Origin: Candidatus Nanosyncoccus sp.
Lineage (GTDB): Bacteria > Patescibacteriota > Saccharimonadia > Saccharimonadales > Saccharimonadaceae
DNA: 62,925 nucleotides
Assembly: GCA_045604085.1 (NCBI GenBank)
Contig: JAZUNK010000023.1
Span: forward strand, 1-62,925
Direction of reading: 5' to 3'
Shown: positions 39,312 to 49,441 of the stretch, piece by piece
Numbering within the stretch: position 1 is the stretch's first letter
Layout of the letters: the number at the start of each line of letters is the position of its first letter
Program-made: the position numbers and the translations under genes
The notes under the pieces: model-generated
Told to the model about the DNA's origin: nothing
Database searches by the model: none
What the model saw: the letters and a program-made list of their open reading frames with translations, nothing else

Positions 39312-41483
39312 ATGTTCGTCTACTGTGCAACAATAGTCGTCATCTTGATAGCGTTTGTGTTGATTCGACGCAACTTCGTAGACCTTCGTAACCACGATGA
39401 AGGCACCGAAGACATGCAAGAACTTGCGGGCATTATCAGGTCGGGGGCTAAAACTTTTCTGAGACGGGAATACCGAGTAATCATTCCGTCGGTGGTTATC
39501 ATCGCATTGCTTTACTCGTTATTCAAGGAGGTATTTTCAGGGCTAACTTTGTTGTTTGGTTCACTCATCAGTATGACGGCAGTAGAAATCGGGATGCGCG
39601 GAGGCACTTACGCTAACGTACGTACTACAAACGCTGCTAAAGTGACTGGCGCAATGAGTCGGACGATGAGGATCGCCCTGCTCGGAGGATCTCTGAGCGG
39701 CTATACTGTTCCGGCATTCGGACTGTTTGGTTTCTTAGTGGTTTGGTTGCTGTCCGGTGGTACTCATGCTAACACGGTTGGGCACGGTATAATCATCCAA
39801 GACCCGTGCAACGTAGCGACTATTAGGCTAATGACCTACGCGCTTGGCTGTTCGATTGTAGGAATGTTTAATCGCGTGGCCGGTGGCAACTACACTAAAG
39901 CGGCTGATATCTCGGCAGACATTGTAGGCAAGAATGTTCACAATATGCCCGAAGACGATTCGCGAATGCCAAACACCGTGGCCGACTTTATTGGCGACTG
40001 CGTAAATGACATTGCGGGTAATATTTCAGACTTATTGGAGAGCTTCGTTGCGACACCGACAGCCTGCATCTTAATTGCGATGCAACTGTTCGACGGGAAT
40101 GAGCCGGCCCTCAATGCGGCATGTTTGTATCCATTTATATTGGCTAGTGGAGGTCTGCTTAGCAGTTTGATTGGAGTTAATCACATTATCCTTAAAAACC
40201 GCAAGCAGAAAAAGTTAGTAGAGGAAAACGGTAAGACGATCGAAGTCGAATATTCTCGTGCTACCGACGACCCCGGCGAAGAGTTGAATCGTGCGACTTA
40301 TTTGTCTGCGATAGTAGTGGCCGTGTTGGGGCTTTATGGCGCACACGCAATCTTTAGCAAAATAGAAGGATTAAATAATTTTGCTTGGGGATGGGTGTCA
40401 CCATGGGTAGCTGCAGTGCTTGGCATGGTAAGTTCCGTTGCTGTTGGCAAAATAACTGAGTATTACACCAGCACCAAATACCGTCCTGTAAAAGTCTTAG
40501 CCGAAATGGCTACTGAAGGAGAGGCGTTTGTAGTAACTGAAGGCGATGCGGTAGGTGCCAGATCGGTATTACTACCAGTGCTTGTAATAGGCGCATCAAT
40601 GATGTTTGCAAATGGGCTATGTGGTACCTATGGTATCGCAATTGCGGCGCTTGGCATGTTATCTTTCGTTGGGACAACTGTATCGATTGATGCTTTTGGA
40701 CCGATTGCAGATAACGCTGGCGGCATTGCGGAAAGTTGCCATTTAGACCCAAAAGTACGTGAGATCACTGACGAGTTAGATGCAGTAGGTAACACTACGG
40801 CGGCGATTGGTAAAGGTAATGCCATTGGCGCAGCGGCTTTTGCTACTGTGGCATTAATCATGTCATACATGGGCAGTTACCCATCAACTGGTCTTAGCAG
40901 TGCTAGTGCCATTGTAGATGTTTTTGTCGGCATGATGGTGGGCGGCGCATTGATTTTTTACTTTTCATCAATGTTGACTCACAACACGATAGAGGCCGCA
41001 AAGTTCATGGCTGACGAAGGAGAGCGTCAACTCCGTGAAGTCCCTGGCATACTTGAAGGCACCGTGAAGCCTGATTATCAGCGCGTAATCCAAATGGCTT
41101 CCGATCAAGCCTTGCGCTATATGCTACTGCCGTCGATTTTGGCGATTGCTGCGCCCGTAGTACTGGGATTCCCGTTCGGTCCCGAGGTAGTACTCGGCGC
41201 ACTAATTGGTAGCACCGTCACTGCAATTGCGCTAGCGATTTACAATGGCAACTCTGGTGGTGCATTTGACAACGGGAAAAAATACATTGAAACTGGTAAG
41301 CTGAAAGGCTGCGAGCCTGGCACTGATAAGTTTGATGTAGCGCATAAAGCTTCCGTTGTAGGCGACACCGTTGGAGACACTCGCAAAGACGTAGTTGGCG
41401 TAGCCCTGGACATTTTTATTAAAATGATGTCTACTGTAGCTAATACGCTCGCAACTGTGTTTTACACCTATCACTTGTTCTAA
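39312..41483 (+). CDS. hppA: Membrane-integral Na+/H+-translocating pyrophosphatase (divergent)
   Basis: GGNYTKAAD, DAFGPIADNAGGIAE, LDAVGNTTAAIGKG, GDTVGD..KD; many TMs. Confidence 0.93.
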   Translation: MFVYCATIVVILIAFVLIRRNFVDLRNHDEGTEDMQELAGIIRSGAKTFLRREYRVIIPSVVIIALLYSLFKEVFSGLTLLFGSLISMTAVEIGMRGGTYANVRTTNAAKVTGAMSRTMRIALLGGSLSGYTVPAFGLFGFLVVWLLSGGTHANTVGHGIIIQDPCNVATIRLMTYALGCSIVGMFNRVAGGNYTKAADISADIVGKNVHNMPEDDSRMPNTVADFIGDCVNDIAGNISDLLESFVATPTACILIAMQLFDGNEPALNAACLYPFILASGGLLSSLIGVNHIILKNRKQKKLVEENGKTIEVEYSRATDDPGEELNRATYLSAIVVAVLGLYGAHAIFSKIEGLNNFAWGWVSPWVAAVLGMVSSVAVGKITEYYTSTKYRPVKVLAEMATEGEAFVVTEGDAVGARSVLLPVLVIGASMMFANGLCGTYGIAIAALGMLSFVGTTVSIDAFGPIADNAGGIAESCHLDPKVREITDELDAVGNTTAAIGKGNAIGAAAFATVALIMSYMGSYPSTGLSSASAIVDVFVGMMVGGALIFYFSSMLTHNTIEAAKFMADEGERQLREVPGILEGTVKPDYQRVIQMASDQALRYMLLPSILAIAAPVVLGFPFGPEVVLGALIGSTVTAIALAIYNGNSGGAFDNGKKYIETGKLKGCEPGTDKFDVAHKASVVGDTVGDTRKDVVGVALDIFIKMMSTVANTLATVFYTYHLF

Positions 41484-41490
41484 AACTCCT

Positions 41491-41520
41491 AAAACCCTCA
41501 GCTTGGCGTTGAGGGTTTTT
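41491..41520 (+). terminator. Intrinsic terminator after hppA
   Basis: AAAACCCTCAGC-TTGGC-GTTGAGGGTTTT. Confidence 0.8.
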
Positions 41521-41570
41521 GTTCGTTAAAAATAAATACCTTTTTAAGATTGTATTATATAATAGTATAT

Positions 41571-42527
41571 ATGAAGAAAAAAATTTTCACGAAAAGTGAG
41601 CTAAAAACGCTCTCGGCAGAAGAGATTATTGAAAAAATAAAATATGAGAATTATTCGTTGCTCGATTCATTTGGTGCAGAAAAACTAAGAAAAGAAATGG
41701 TACCGGTTGGGAAAGTTTGTAATGCAATTGTAAATTATTTTTTTAGAACTACTGGGCCTAAGCACAATCAGGAAAAACATAACAAGGCCGCGCGGAAGAA
41801 ATTAGTGAAGGTTCTTTCTAAAATTGCACCTGGGACTTATTCTAATGTTCCGAAAGATAACAAAAATGGGCTCATAGTTGGCTTCAATCATCCTTCGCTT
41901 GGTGAAATTGGCAGAATTCTAATGATGAAAATAGACATTATGGGCAATAAGCCAATGTATTTTCCGGTAAATTTGCCATGGTACGAAGCTTTGGCTCCAA
42001 ACTTCGATAGAATTAAACGACTTGGAATAATTATTACTCCGACCATTACACCTTCGACCTGGAAGAAGATGAATCTAGAAGAGGGAACTATGTTATATGA
42101 GGCGGGTAATCGTATAAAAAAAGATTTTAGAAATATATACACGGAATTATCTCACGATGCGGTAAAAAATGGCGGAGTGATTTTCGTGGCACCATCAGCA
42201 ACCAGACAGGCTACCGTCTTTAAAAACAAAGCGGCTTTTGATGGAAAAGAAGATATTATACCGACAATGTCGATGCTGGCACTCAAACTATATTCTGATC
42301 CAGATGTTAACTGTGATTTTTTACCCCTCGCTATTTTGCCGCCGGAAAATTATAAACGTGGATTAAACTTAAGAAAAAAATATTGTCTGATCCCTGGCGA
42401 GATAATGACCGCAAAGTATATTCGTAACAAATACTTTAAAGATAAAGAACAAAAAAGGCTCGAGGGGTTTGATCGAGATTTCCATCAAAGAATTGCCGAC
42501 AAGTTACCGAAAAAATTTTGGTACTAA
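41571..42527 (+). CDS. Divergent lysophospholipid/glycerol-phosphate acyltransferase (PlsC/LPLAT-like)
   Basis: LIVGFNHPSLGE (HX4E, block I), VIFVAPSATR (variant of FPEGTR block III), LPLAI. Confidence 0.55.
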   Translation: MKKKIFTKSELKTLSAEEIIEKIKYENYSLLDSFGAEKLRKEMVPVGKVCNAIVNYFFRTTGPKHNQEKHNKAARKKLVKVLSKIAPGTYSNVPKDNKNGLIVGFNHPSLGEIGRILMMKIDIMGNKPMYFPVNLPWYEALAPNFDRIKRLGIIITPTITPSTWKKMNLEEGTMLYEAGNRIKKDFRNIYTELSHDAVKNGGVIFVAPSATRQATVFKNKAAFDGKEDIIPTMSMLALKLYSDPDVNCDFLPLAILPPENYKRGLNLRKKYCLIPGEIMTAKYIRNKYFKDKEQKRLEGFDRDFHQRIADKLPKKFWY

Positions 42528-42573
42528 TTACTTATAATTATAAAGGCTTTGTGATAGAATAATTATAAGCATT

Positions 42574-44316
42574 ATGGAAGAAGAGAAGTATTTTTATCAT
42601 CCTTTGGAAAATATTGAAGATATTGATATATTTTACGAAGCGGTTGAGCGGAATCATTTAACAAAAGCTGTTTCGCCTGATCGGCCATATACTTATTGGA
42701 CAATTGAGCTATATGATCAAAAAAACGGAATTCGAGGCGGTGGTGGTCTAGGCGTATTAGCTGCTGACACCAGACGCGTCGCAGAAGCGATGGGAGTTCC
42801 GTTCTCCTTAATCACACCGTTTTACCCATTCGAGTCGCATCAAGTGATGCAAAACGGTGTGCTACGAGATGAGGTGCGACCAGTAAATTATAATGATTTT
42901 GGCTTTAAATTTATTGACAATGTAAACATAAAATGTAACGGTCATCTTTGCAAATTAGAAGTTATCGAAAAAAAATTTCAGAATACCAGAATTATTGCAG
43001 TCACAGAACCAAACTTCAAAGAGCTCTATGCAGACACGAGCGGGTCAGATCATAGACTATACCAAGAAGTTGCTCTAGGGTTCGGTGGATATGCAGCCTT
43101 GAAGCTTTTAGGTCTTAGGCCGGCAATTATGCAACTAAATGAGGTCGCTACATTTTTTGCAGCTCTTGCGAGGCTCGATGAACTCGCAAGCAATGGAATG
43201 GATTTTTATGAAGCGGTAGTCTACACGCGAAAACATACTTTGTACACGAATCATACTTTAGTTCAAGCAGCAGAAGCCGATTTTTCTTTTGAACAATTTG
43301 AACGCTTTGTCTTTCTTAATTTAAAATCGCTTGCTGTAAAAAAATGGCTGGCTGATAAGTTCGAACATGGGAGACTAAGATTATCTTCTGCCACTATTGA
43401 GTTAGCGGAGCTCAGGAGTGGCGTTTCTAAATTGCACGCAAGGGTCGCAAATTATAAAGATATAGCGGGCAATAAAGTAAAATTCAAGGCTATCACGAAT
43501 GGCATTGATTTAAAAACCTGGGTTTTGCCAGAAATATTACGGTTTTATTACCAAAACAACATACTTGATTCATATGATTTCCCAATACAAGATTATTCAG
43601 ATAAAATGTCTCTACTCACGGCCGATAAGATTCGCGAACTTAAAAAACAAGGTCGGAAAGTATTAAATGACGCCTTAGAAAATAGACCGGACCAGCATGG
43701 CAGGATTCTACATTTTACTGATAACGACTTTATCTTTGATTTCAAACGAAGGTTCGTGGATTATAAGCGACCAGATTTACCATTCCGGGACCACTTAAGA
43801 TTACGAAATATTTTAGCAGAATGTGGAGCGCATTATATTATTGCCGGCAGGGTGCATACTGGAGACACGGCAATGTCGCAAAAATTGCAGCATTTGCTAA
43901 GAATCGTAGATAGTGATGATTATTTAAGGAACCACGTTCATTATATCGCCGATTACGATGAAGAGTTAGCGTATGCACTGTCGGTTGGTTCAAATGCGGC
44001 AATTAATGTTCCGGTCGTGGGACTAGAGGCTTGCGGAACTTCATGGATGAAAGATGTAGCAAACTTAAATATGCTAATTTCAACGCATGATGGTGGGGTA
44101 GCGGATGGCTCGATTAATTCCTATCTTAATGTTTCTGGAACATCAGAAGAGGAGGAGCTAAACGTGCTTTATCAAAGAATGGAGGAAGCCATTGCTGCGA
44201 ATTCTAATGATTTTGATTTGGAGTATATTATTCAAAAACAACTTAATACGTTTTTGCCAATCATTTCTGGATCCAGAATGTTAAAAGATTATCTTGACTA
44301 TTTATTCCCAAAGTAG
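42574..44316 (+). CDS. glgP: Alpha-glucan (glycogen/starch) phosphorylase
   Basis: GGGLGVLAAD, HRLYQEVALG, TNHT, ITNG, RRFVDYKRP, EACGTSWMK (PLP Lys). Confidence 0.9.
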   Translation: MEEEKYFYHPLENIEDIDIFYEAVERNHLTKAVSPDRPYTYWTIELYDQKNGIRGGGGLGVLAADTRRVAEAMGVPFSLITPFYPFESHQVMQNGVLRDEVRPVNYNDFGFKFIDNVNIKCNGHLCKLEVIEKKFQNTRIIAVTEPNFKELYADTSGSDHRLYQEVALGFGGYAALKLLGLRPAIMQLNEVATFFAALARLDELASNGMDFYEAVVYTRKHTLYTNHTLVQAAEADFSFEQFERFVFLNLKSLAVKKWLADKFEHGRLRLSSATIELAELRSGVSKLHARVANYKDIAGNKVKFKAITNGIDLKTWVLPEILRFYYQNNILDSYDFPIQDYSDKMSLLTADKIRELKKQGRKVLNDALENRPDQHGRILHFTDNDFIFDFKRRFVDYKRPDLPFRDHLRLRNILAECGAHYIIAGRVHTGDTAMSQKLQHLLRIVDSDDYLRNHVHYIADYDEELAYALSVGSNAAINVPVVGLEACGTSWMKDVANLNMLISTHDGGVADGSINSYLNVSGTSEEEELNVLYQRMEEAIAANSNDFDLEYIIQKQLNTFLPIISGSRMLKDYLDYLFPK

Positions 44317-44371
44317 TATACTATTGACAAGTCTGGTATCAGACTTTTTTGATATCAAATAAAGGAGTAAG

Positions 44372-44758
44372 ATGGCTAAAATCACAAGAATAAAAGCAAG
44401 TGACGGACCTTCTAAAGAAGAGGGGGACAAGATAGCGACAATTACTCGAAAAAAAATTGTCGTTAAAGACAAAAAAACTGAAAAAGAGAAGAGAAAAGAA
44501 GCTAAGCGTGCTAAGAATGAAATTGGCAATAAAAGCAAAGACGACAAGAAACCATTTATTTTAATACGACCTTTTGTATATCTTGGACGCTATTTAAAGG
44601 ATTCGTGGCGTGAGTTACGCCAAGTACGATGGCCAAATCGAAAAACAACCTGGAAGATGGTAATCGCGGTACTAATATATACGGTGTTATTTGTGATTTT
44701 CATTTCCGTATTAGATATATTCTTTACTTGGCTATTTAATTTAATATTTGGTAATTAA
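44372..44758 (+). CDS. secE: Preprotein translocase SecE with charged N-terminal extension
   Basis: ELRQVRWP plus TM; upstream of nusG. Confidence 0.9.
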   Translation: MAKITRIKASDGPSKEEGDKIATITRKKIVVKDKKTEKEKRKEAKRAKNEIGNKSKDDKKPFILIRPFVYLGRYLKDSWRELRQVRWPNRKTTWKMVIAVLIYTVLFVIFISVLDIFFTWLFNLIFGN

Positions 44759-44770
44759 AAAGGAGAGATT

Positions 44771-45319
44771 ATGGCAGTAAATAGATACGATGATACAAGA
44801 GCTTGGTATGCAATTTCTACATACAGTGGCTATGAAGATAAAGTTGCCGATTCTATTAATCAAAGAACAAATACCGTAGAGATGGCGGATAAGATCTTTG
44901 AGGCAATTGTACCAAAAGAAAAACAAATTGAGATTAAAAACGGAAAACGAAAAATCGTTGACCGAAAAATTCTACAAGGTTATGTCCTTGTCGATATGAA
45001 ATTATCGGATGAAACTTGGTATATTATCCGTAATACACCTGGGGTAACTGGCTTTATCGGCACTGGAACACAACCAACCCCAGTCTCCGAGAAAGAAATC
45101 GCAAAAATCAAAAAACGAATGGGCGTCGAAGATCCAAAGTTTTCAGTCAAATATGAAGTCGGTGAAGTCGTTTCAATTACCGATGGGCCATTTAAAGGAT
45201 TTGATGGTGCAATTTCGGAAATTGATGCCGCAAAGGGTAAATTGAAAGTTATGGTTTCGATGTTTGGTCGAGAAACGCCAGTTGAGCTTGATGCTTTACA
45301 AGTAAAACAACTTTCTTAG
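44771..45319 (+). CDS. nusG: Transcription factor NusG
   Basis: WYAISTYSGYE, GYVLVDM, NTPGVTGF, KOW GPFKGF, FGRETPVEL. Confidence 0.97.
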   Translation: MAVNRYDDTRAWYAISTYSGYEDKVADSINQRTNTVEMADKIFEAIVPKEKQIEIKNGKRKIVDRKILQGYVLVDMKLSDETWYIIRNTPGVTGFIGTGTQPTPVSEKEIAKIKKRMGVEDPKFSVKYEVGEVVSITDGPFKGFDGAISEIDAAKGKLKVMVSMFGRETPVELDALQVKQLS

Positions 45320-45361
45320 ACTTTTCTTTCAACAAAAAAGTTTGGCAAAAGAAAACAGTAT

Positions 45362-45399
45362 GAAAATCGAAATGAAAGTGAATTCCATTTCGATTTTTT
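45362..45399 (+). terminator. Terminator after nusG
   Basis: AAAATCGAAATG...CATTTCGATTTT plus T run. Confidence 0.7.
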
Positions 45400-45477
45400 G
45401 TTTACAAAAATGGATTTTTGTAGTATAATTATTCAGTTACGCAAAATGCTTCTATATTAAATTAAATAAGGATTTGT

Positions 45478-45906
45478 ATGGCAGAAAAGAAAGTTATTGG
45501 AAATTTGAAACTTCGTATCCCAGCAGGTCGTGCAACGGCTGGACCTCCGGTCGGCTCGACGCTCGGTCAATGGGGTCTAAATATGATGGATTTTATCAAT
45601 CCGTTCAATGAGGCGACTAAAGATCTTATGGGCAAGAATGTGATTGTCCATATCCGCGTTTTCGAAGATCGGACTTTTGACTGGAAATCTTTAGGTCAAC
45701 CAGTTGATGATTTGATTCGCGAAGCAATTAAAATCGAAAAAGGTTCTGGTAAACCAAATGTCGATAAAATTGGAAAAATCACCAAAGATCAACTCCGCGA
45801 GATTGCCGAAAAGAAAATGGATCAATTGAACGCTATTGATATTGAAGGTGCTATTAAAATAGTAGCTGGTACCGCTCGTTCAATGGGCGTTACCGTGGAA
45901 GAATAA
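45478..45906 (+). CDS. rplK: 50S ribosomal protein L11
   Basis: PAGRATAGPPVG..LGQ, GTARSMG. Confidence 0.97.
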   Translation: MAEKKVIGNLKLRIPAGRATAGPPVGSTLGQWGLNMMDFINPFNEATKDLMGKNVIVHIRVFEDRTFDWKSLGQPVDDLIREAIKIEKGSGKPNVDKIGKITKDQLREIAEKKMDQLNAIDIEGAIKIVAGTARSMGVTVEE

Positions 45907-45916
45907 AATTAATTAA

Positions 45917-45945
45917 GTTGGGAGGGAAAAACCCGTTAATACCAC
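45917..45945 (+). promoter_or_regulatory. L1 autoregulatory mRNA binding site
   Basis: GTTGGGAG-GGAAAACCC-GTTAATACCAC just before the rplA SD, resembling L1-binding leaders. Confidence 0.6.
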
Positions 45946-45957
45946 GAAAGGAATAAT

Positions 45958-46857
45958 ATGACAGAAGAAAAAGCCACAAAAACAGAACAAATTGAAGAGG
46001 TTAACAAAACCGAAGAAACTTTTGCGAAGTCTGGAAAAAAATCAAAAAAGCATATTGAAGAAGTTAAAGCCGAAGAGGAGCGTCAAGCAAGAAAAGCCGA
46101 ACGCGCTACAACCGACGCAACCGTAAAACCAAAAGGGGTCACTCCTATTACGCGATCTCGCTTAGAGCGTCGTGGTAAAAAATATCAAGATGCTGCAAAA
46201 ATGGTCGAAAAAAATAAAGCCTACTCGCTTGGTGAAGCAATTGAGCTAGCTATTAAGACCAGCCCAGTAAAATTTGATGCAAGCGTAGAAGTTCATGCTC
46301 GTCTCGGGGTCGATCCGCGTCAAGCTGACCAAAATATCCGCACGACTTTAGTGCTTCCAAATGGCAACGGTAAAGCTGTTCGCGTTGCAGTTTTTGCGCC
46401 ACTAGATGTTTGTAAAACAGCTAAGGCTGCCGGTGCCGATATCGCTGAAGATGAAGAATTTTTAAAGCAGCTCGAGAAAGGCACGATTAATTTCGACGTT
46501 CTAATCTCTACCCCCCAGTATATGCCAAAACTAGGTAAATTTGCACGTTTACTCGGGCCAAAAGGTTTAATGCCAAATCCAAAAGCCGGGACCGTCACTA
46601 CTGATGTAGAAAAGGCCGTAAAAGAAGCCAAGGCTGGCAAAGTAGAATATCGCGTTGATAAGCAGGCCATCGTTCATATCGGCGTCGGAAAGGTTTCGTT
46701 TGGCGCAGACAAGTTAATCGAAAATGTAAATGCATTCTTTGATTCTTTGAAGGCCCAAAAACCGACTTCGCTTAAAGGAACTTACATAAAATCAGTGTTC
46801 ATTACAACAACGATGGGTCCTTCGATCCAAATTGAAAACCTTTATAATTTAAAATAG
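45958..46857 (+). CDS. rplA: 50S ribosomal protein L1 with N-terminal extension
   Basis: KFDASVE, LGVDPRQADQ, LGPKGLMPNPKAGTV, TTMGP. Confidence 0.97.
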   Translation: MTEEKATKTEQIEEVNKTEETFAKSGKKSKKHIEEVKAEEERQARKAERATTDATVKPKGVTPITRSRLERRGKKYQDAAKMVEKNKAYSLGEAIELAIKTSPVKFDASVEVHARLGVDPRQADQNIRTTLVLPNGNGKAVRVAVFAPLDVCKTAKAAGADIAEDEEFLKQLEKGTINFDVLISTPQYMPKLGKFARLLGPKGLMPNPKAGTVTTDVEKAVKEAKAGKVEYRVDKQAIVHIGVGKVSFGADKLIENVNAFFDSLKAQKPTSLKGTYIKSVFITTTMGPSIQIENLYNLK

Positions 46858-46876
46858 CCCTTCGGGGCTATTTTTT
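46852..46876 (+). terminator. Terminator after rplA
   Basis: AATAGCCC-TTCG-GGGCTATT plus T run. Confidence 0.9.
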
Positions 46877-46892
46877 ATGCTATAATAAACTT

Positions 46893-47471
46893 ATGGATAT
46901 CGATAAAGTTAAAAACACCATTAGCAACTTTGAAATTCCTGAGCTCCTGATTATGGCTGGAGCCGGTTTAGCCTTAACCTTGTTTGGGTATCGGATTAAA
47001 AAAATCGCATTCTTTGTCATTTGGTTTATTCTTGGATATAATTTAATGGGTCTTTTAATGCCGACTATTGAAACAGCTGTACCACAAATTGTCGGAAATG
47101 ACCTCTATCAAATTCTATTGCCAATTGCTGGTGGGTTACTACTTGCCTTGCTCGGTTTTTCGATTGAAAAATTCTGTGTTGGTGGAATTTGTTTTGCATT
47201 AATAATGATTATAACAGCACAACAATTTGGCACCGAGATGCAAACTTTAGCGATTGGTGCGGTCGTAGCGATCATTGCTGCCGGTGCAGCTGTGATGCTA
47301 ATAAAACCCGCCACAATTATTGCTACTTCTGCGGTAGGGGCGTATGCTCTAATGGAAGCTATTGTGGCCCTAACTAGTTTTGAAGCAAACACCTATTACT
47401 GGCCACTCTTTTTAGGAATAACGGCGATCGGAGCGATATTCCAATTTGTTACTACTAAACGAATTGATTAG
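46893..47471 (+). CDS. DUF4203-like multi-TM protein
   Basis: Six to seven Gly/Ala-rich TMs, LFGYR, TSAVGAY, FQF end. Confidence 0.65.
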   Translation: MDIDKVKNTISNFEIPELLIMAGAGLALTLFGYRIKKIAFFVIWFILGYNLMGLLMPTIETAVPQIVGNDLYQILLPIAGGLLLALLGFSIEKFCVGGICFALIMIITAQQFGTEMQTLAIGAVVAIIAAGAAVMLIKPATIIATSAVGAYALMEAIVALTSFEANTYYWPLFLGITAIGAIFQFVTTKRID

Positions 47472-47561
47472 GCTAAAAGTTGACTTTTTGAGAAAAGTGT
47501 GCTATAATAAAAAGAGGTTACGATGTAATTGCTCATTAAAATGTTTTTTGGAGGTGTGCCA

Positions 47562-48230
47562 ATGCGCAGATTTGTGTGGAGAAATCGGACCATATCAAGC
47601 CCGTCCGACTACGAAGAGTCTATGGAGTTCGCTCGGTTAACTCCCGAGCAGCTCAAGTACAAAAAAATAGCAGCCGAAGAGATGTATTACAAAAGCGATA
47701 AGCTTTATCGTCGAAGTGTCTCTCCAAAGGGCTGGGCAGAGCTTCTTGTTATTGCACTACTTATTACATTTGCTGTAGCTCTTGCTACAAAATCCGTACT
47801 AGCCGGCGTGGCGGTATTCGCAGTTGTTTTGGTAGCAAAACTACTTTACTGTCAAAAGCTAAAGGCTAGTGCAAGCCAAGCGAAAGACAGCTTGGACGAA
47901 ATCCTCGATAAGAGCAAAACGATAATCAGACCCAGCAGCTTCACATCAACCGATAAGCCTCTTTCTCCGGATAAAGATTTTTACTTTGATCTTCCGCCGG
48001 TCAAAAAAGAGAGGCGATACGAATTCCACCTTGATGATTCACCGAAAAAAGACTCCGCCGATACCACTGACCACTCAGATAAATCTGTAACTGAGGAAGA
48101 AATCAAATCTGATTTGAAAACTGTAAATGCTTCAGGCGAAACAGAAGACGTTTTTGAAGATGATAGCGAAGAACTTCTTGCAGAAGTATTAGAGGAGCTT
48201 CGCGAGGCAGCAATTGCATTATCAACCTAA
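47562..48230 (+). CDS. Hypothetical protein with two TMs and acidic low-complexity tail
   Basis: SD GGAGGTG before ATG 47562; own promoter (TTGACT...TATAAT) and terminator at 48238-48262. Confidence 0.65.
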   Translation: MRRFVWRNRTISSPSDYEESMEFARLTPEQLKYKKIAAEEMYYKSDKLYRRSVSPKGWAELLVIALLITFAVALATKSVLAGVAVFAVVLVAKLLYCQKLKASASQAKDSLDEILDKSKTIIRPSSFTSTDKPLSPDKDFYFDLPPVKKERRYEFHLDDSPKKDSADTTDHSDKSVTEEEIKSDLKTVNASGETEDVFEDDSEELLAEVLEELREAAIALST

Positions 48231-48297
48231 CCATTTAGGTCCGCACTTTTGCGGACCTTTTTCTTGATTTTTTAAAGTATCAGTGATATAATAAAGG

Positions 48298-48352
48298 CAG
48301 TTACCAAAGACAGTGGCGAGGTTAACCTTTAATAATGCCACCTAGGAGATTC
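48298..48352 (+). promoter_or_regulatory. L10 leader (rplJL autoregulatory RNA)
   Basis: CCAAAGACAGTGGC...TTAA...GCCACCTAGG matches L10-leader pattern upstream of rplJ. Confidence 0.7.
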
Positions 48353-48424
48353 TTATGATTTTGTTTGGTGACGCTATTTAACAATTAGCTAACTAAATAT
48401 TAATATTAACCAAAGGAACTTTTT

Positions 48425-48922
48425 ATGGCAATTTCAAAAGATAAAAAGAATACATTGGTTGCTGATTTGACTGCGCTTCTAAATGATTCTAAGATGGTTG
48501 TTTATGCTAAATATGAAGGTTTAACCGTTGCAGAATTACAAGAGCTTAGAAAACTTGCTCGCGATGCGAATGTTAAAATTAAAGTCGTTAAGAACCGACT
48601 TGTCAAAGTCGCAATGAAAGAAATCGCGGCATATAAAGACACAGACGCTTCAGGACTTACCGGGCAATTATTGTATGCTCTTGGTAGTGACGAAGATTTC
48701 GATGCGGCTAAAGTTTTAGCAAAGTTTGCAAAAACGCACGATAAGATGGAACTAGTTGGCGGCTTCAATAGCGACGGCACAAATCTTTCGAAGGACGAAG
48801 TGACAACGCTCGGTAATCTACCGACTAAGAATGAGCTTATTGCGCAGGTCGTTGACACACTACTTTCTGGTATCAACGGCATTGTTTCTGGCTTAGAAGA
48901 ACACGCTAAAGAAAGCAACTAA
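48425..48922 (+). CDS. rplJ: 50S ribosomal protein L10
   Basis: YEGLTVAELQELRK, VVKNRL, LPTKNELIAQ. Confidence 0.96.
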   Translation: MAISKDKKNTLVADLTALLNDSKMVVYAKYEGLTVAELQELRKLARDANVKIKVVKNRLVKVAMKEIAAYKDTDASGLTGQLLYALGSDEDFDAAKVLAKFAKTHDKMELVGGFNSDGTNLSKDEVTTLGNLPTKNELIAQVVDTLLSGINGIVSGLEEHAKESN

Positions 48923-49035
48923 TTAATTATTAATCAATTTTAAAAATTGGGACACACGCCTATTTTTAAATTATAATCAAAAGGAAGATTAGGAAGGGAA
49001 GATGTGACCCTTTTCTTATTCTGAAGGAGAATTTT

Positions 49036-49407
49036 ATGGCAACTGATATTAAAAAGTTGGCAGAAGAGCTTGTTAATATGACAGTTCTAGAAGTCAATGA
49101 ATTAAAAACTTTACTTAAAGATGAGTATGGAATTGAGCCGGCAGCAGCTGTTGTAGCTGTGGCTGGTGGCGATGCTGCTGGTGCGGATGAAGGCAAGAGC
49201 GAATATGACGTCGTTCTTAAGGACGCAGGTGCGCAGAAGATTGCAGTAATTAAGGCTGTAAAGGAAGCTACTGGGCTCGGGCTCGGCGAAGCTAAAGCTA
49301 TCGTTGATGGCGCTCCGGCAACCGTAAAAGAGAAGGTCGCGAAGGCTGACGCTGAGGCGATGAAGAAAGCTCTCGAAGAGGCTGGCGCGACTGTTGAACT
49401 CGCATAA
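49036..49407 (+). CDS. rplL: 50S ribosomal protein L7/L12
   Basis: [35 protein letters not shown]. Confidence 0.97.
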   Translation: MATDIKKLAEELVNMTVLEVNELKTLLKDEYGIEPAAAVVAVAGGDAAGADEGKSEYDVVLKDAGAQKIAVIKAVKEATGLGLGEAKAIVDGAPATVKEKVAKADAEAMKKALEEAGATVELA

Positions 49408-49441
49408 ATAATCAAATGGTTAGCTAATTGTTATGAGAAAA

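Noticed and set aside
38830-39419. Short ORFs over tRNA-Gln and its repeats
   Set aside because: They overlap a tRNA and palindromic DNA and show no protein motifs.
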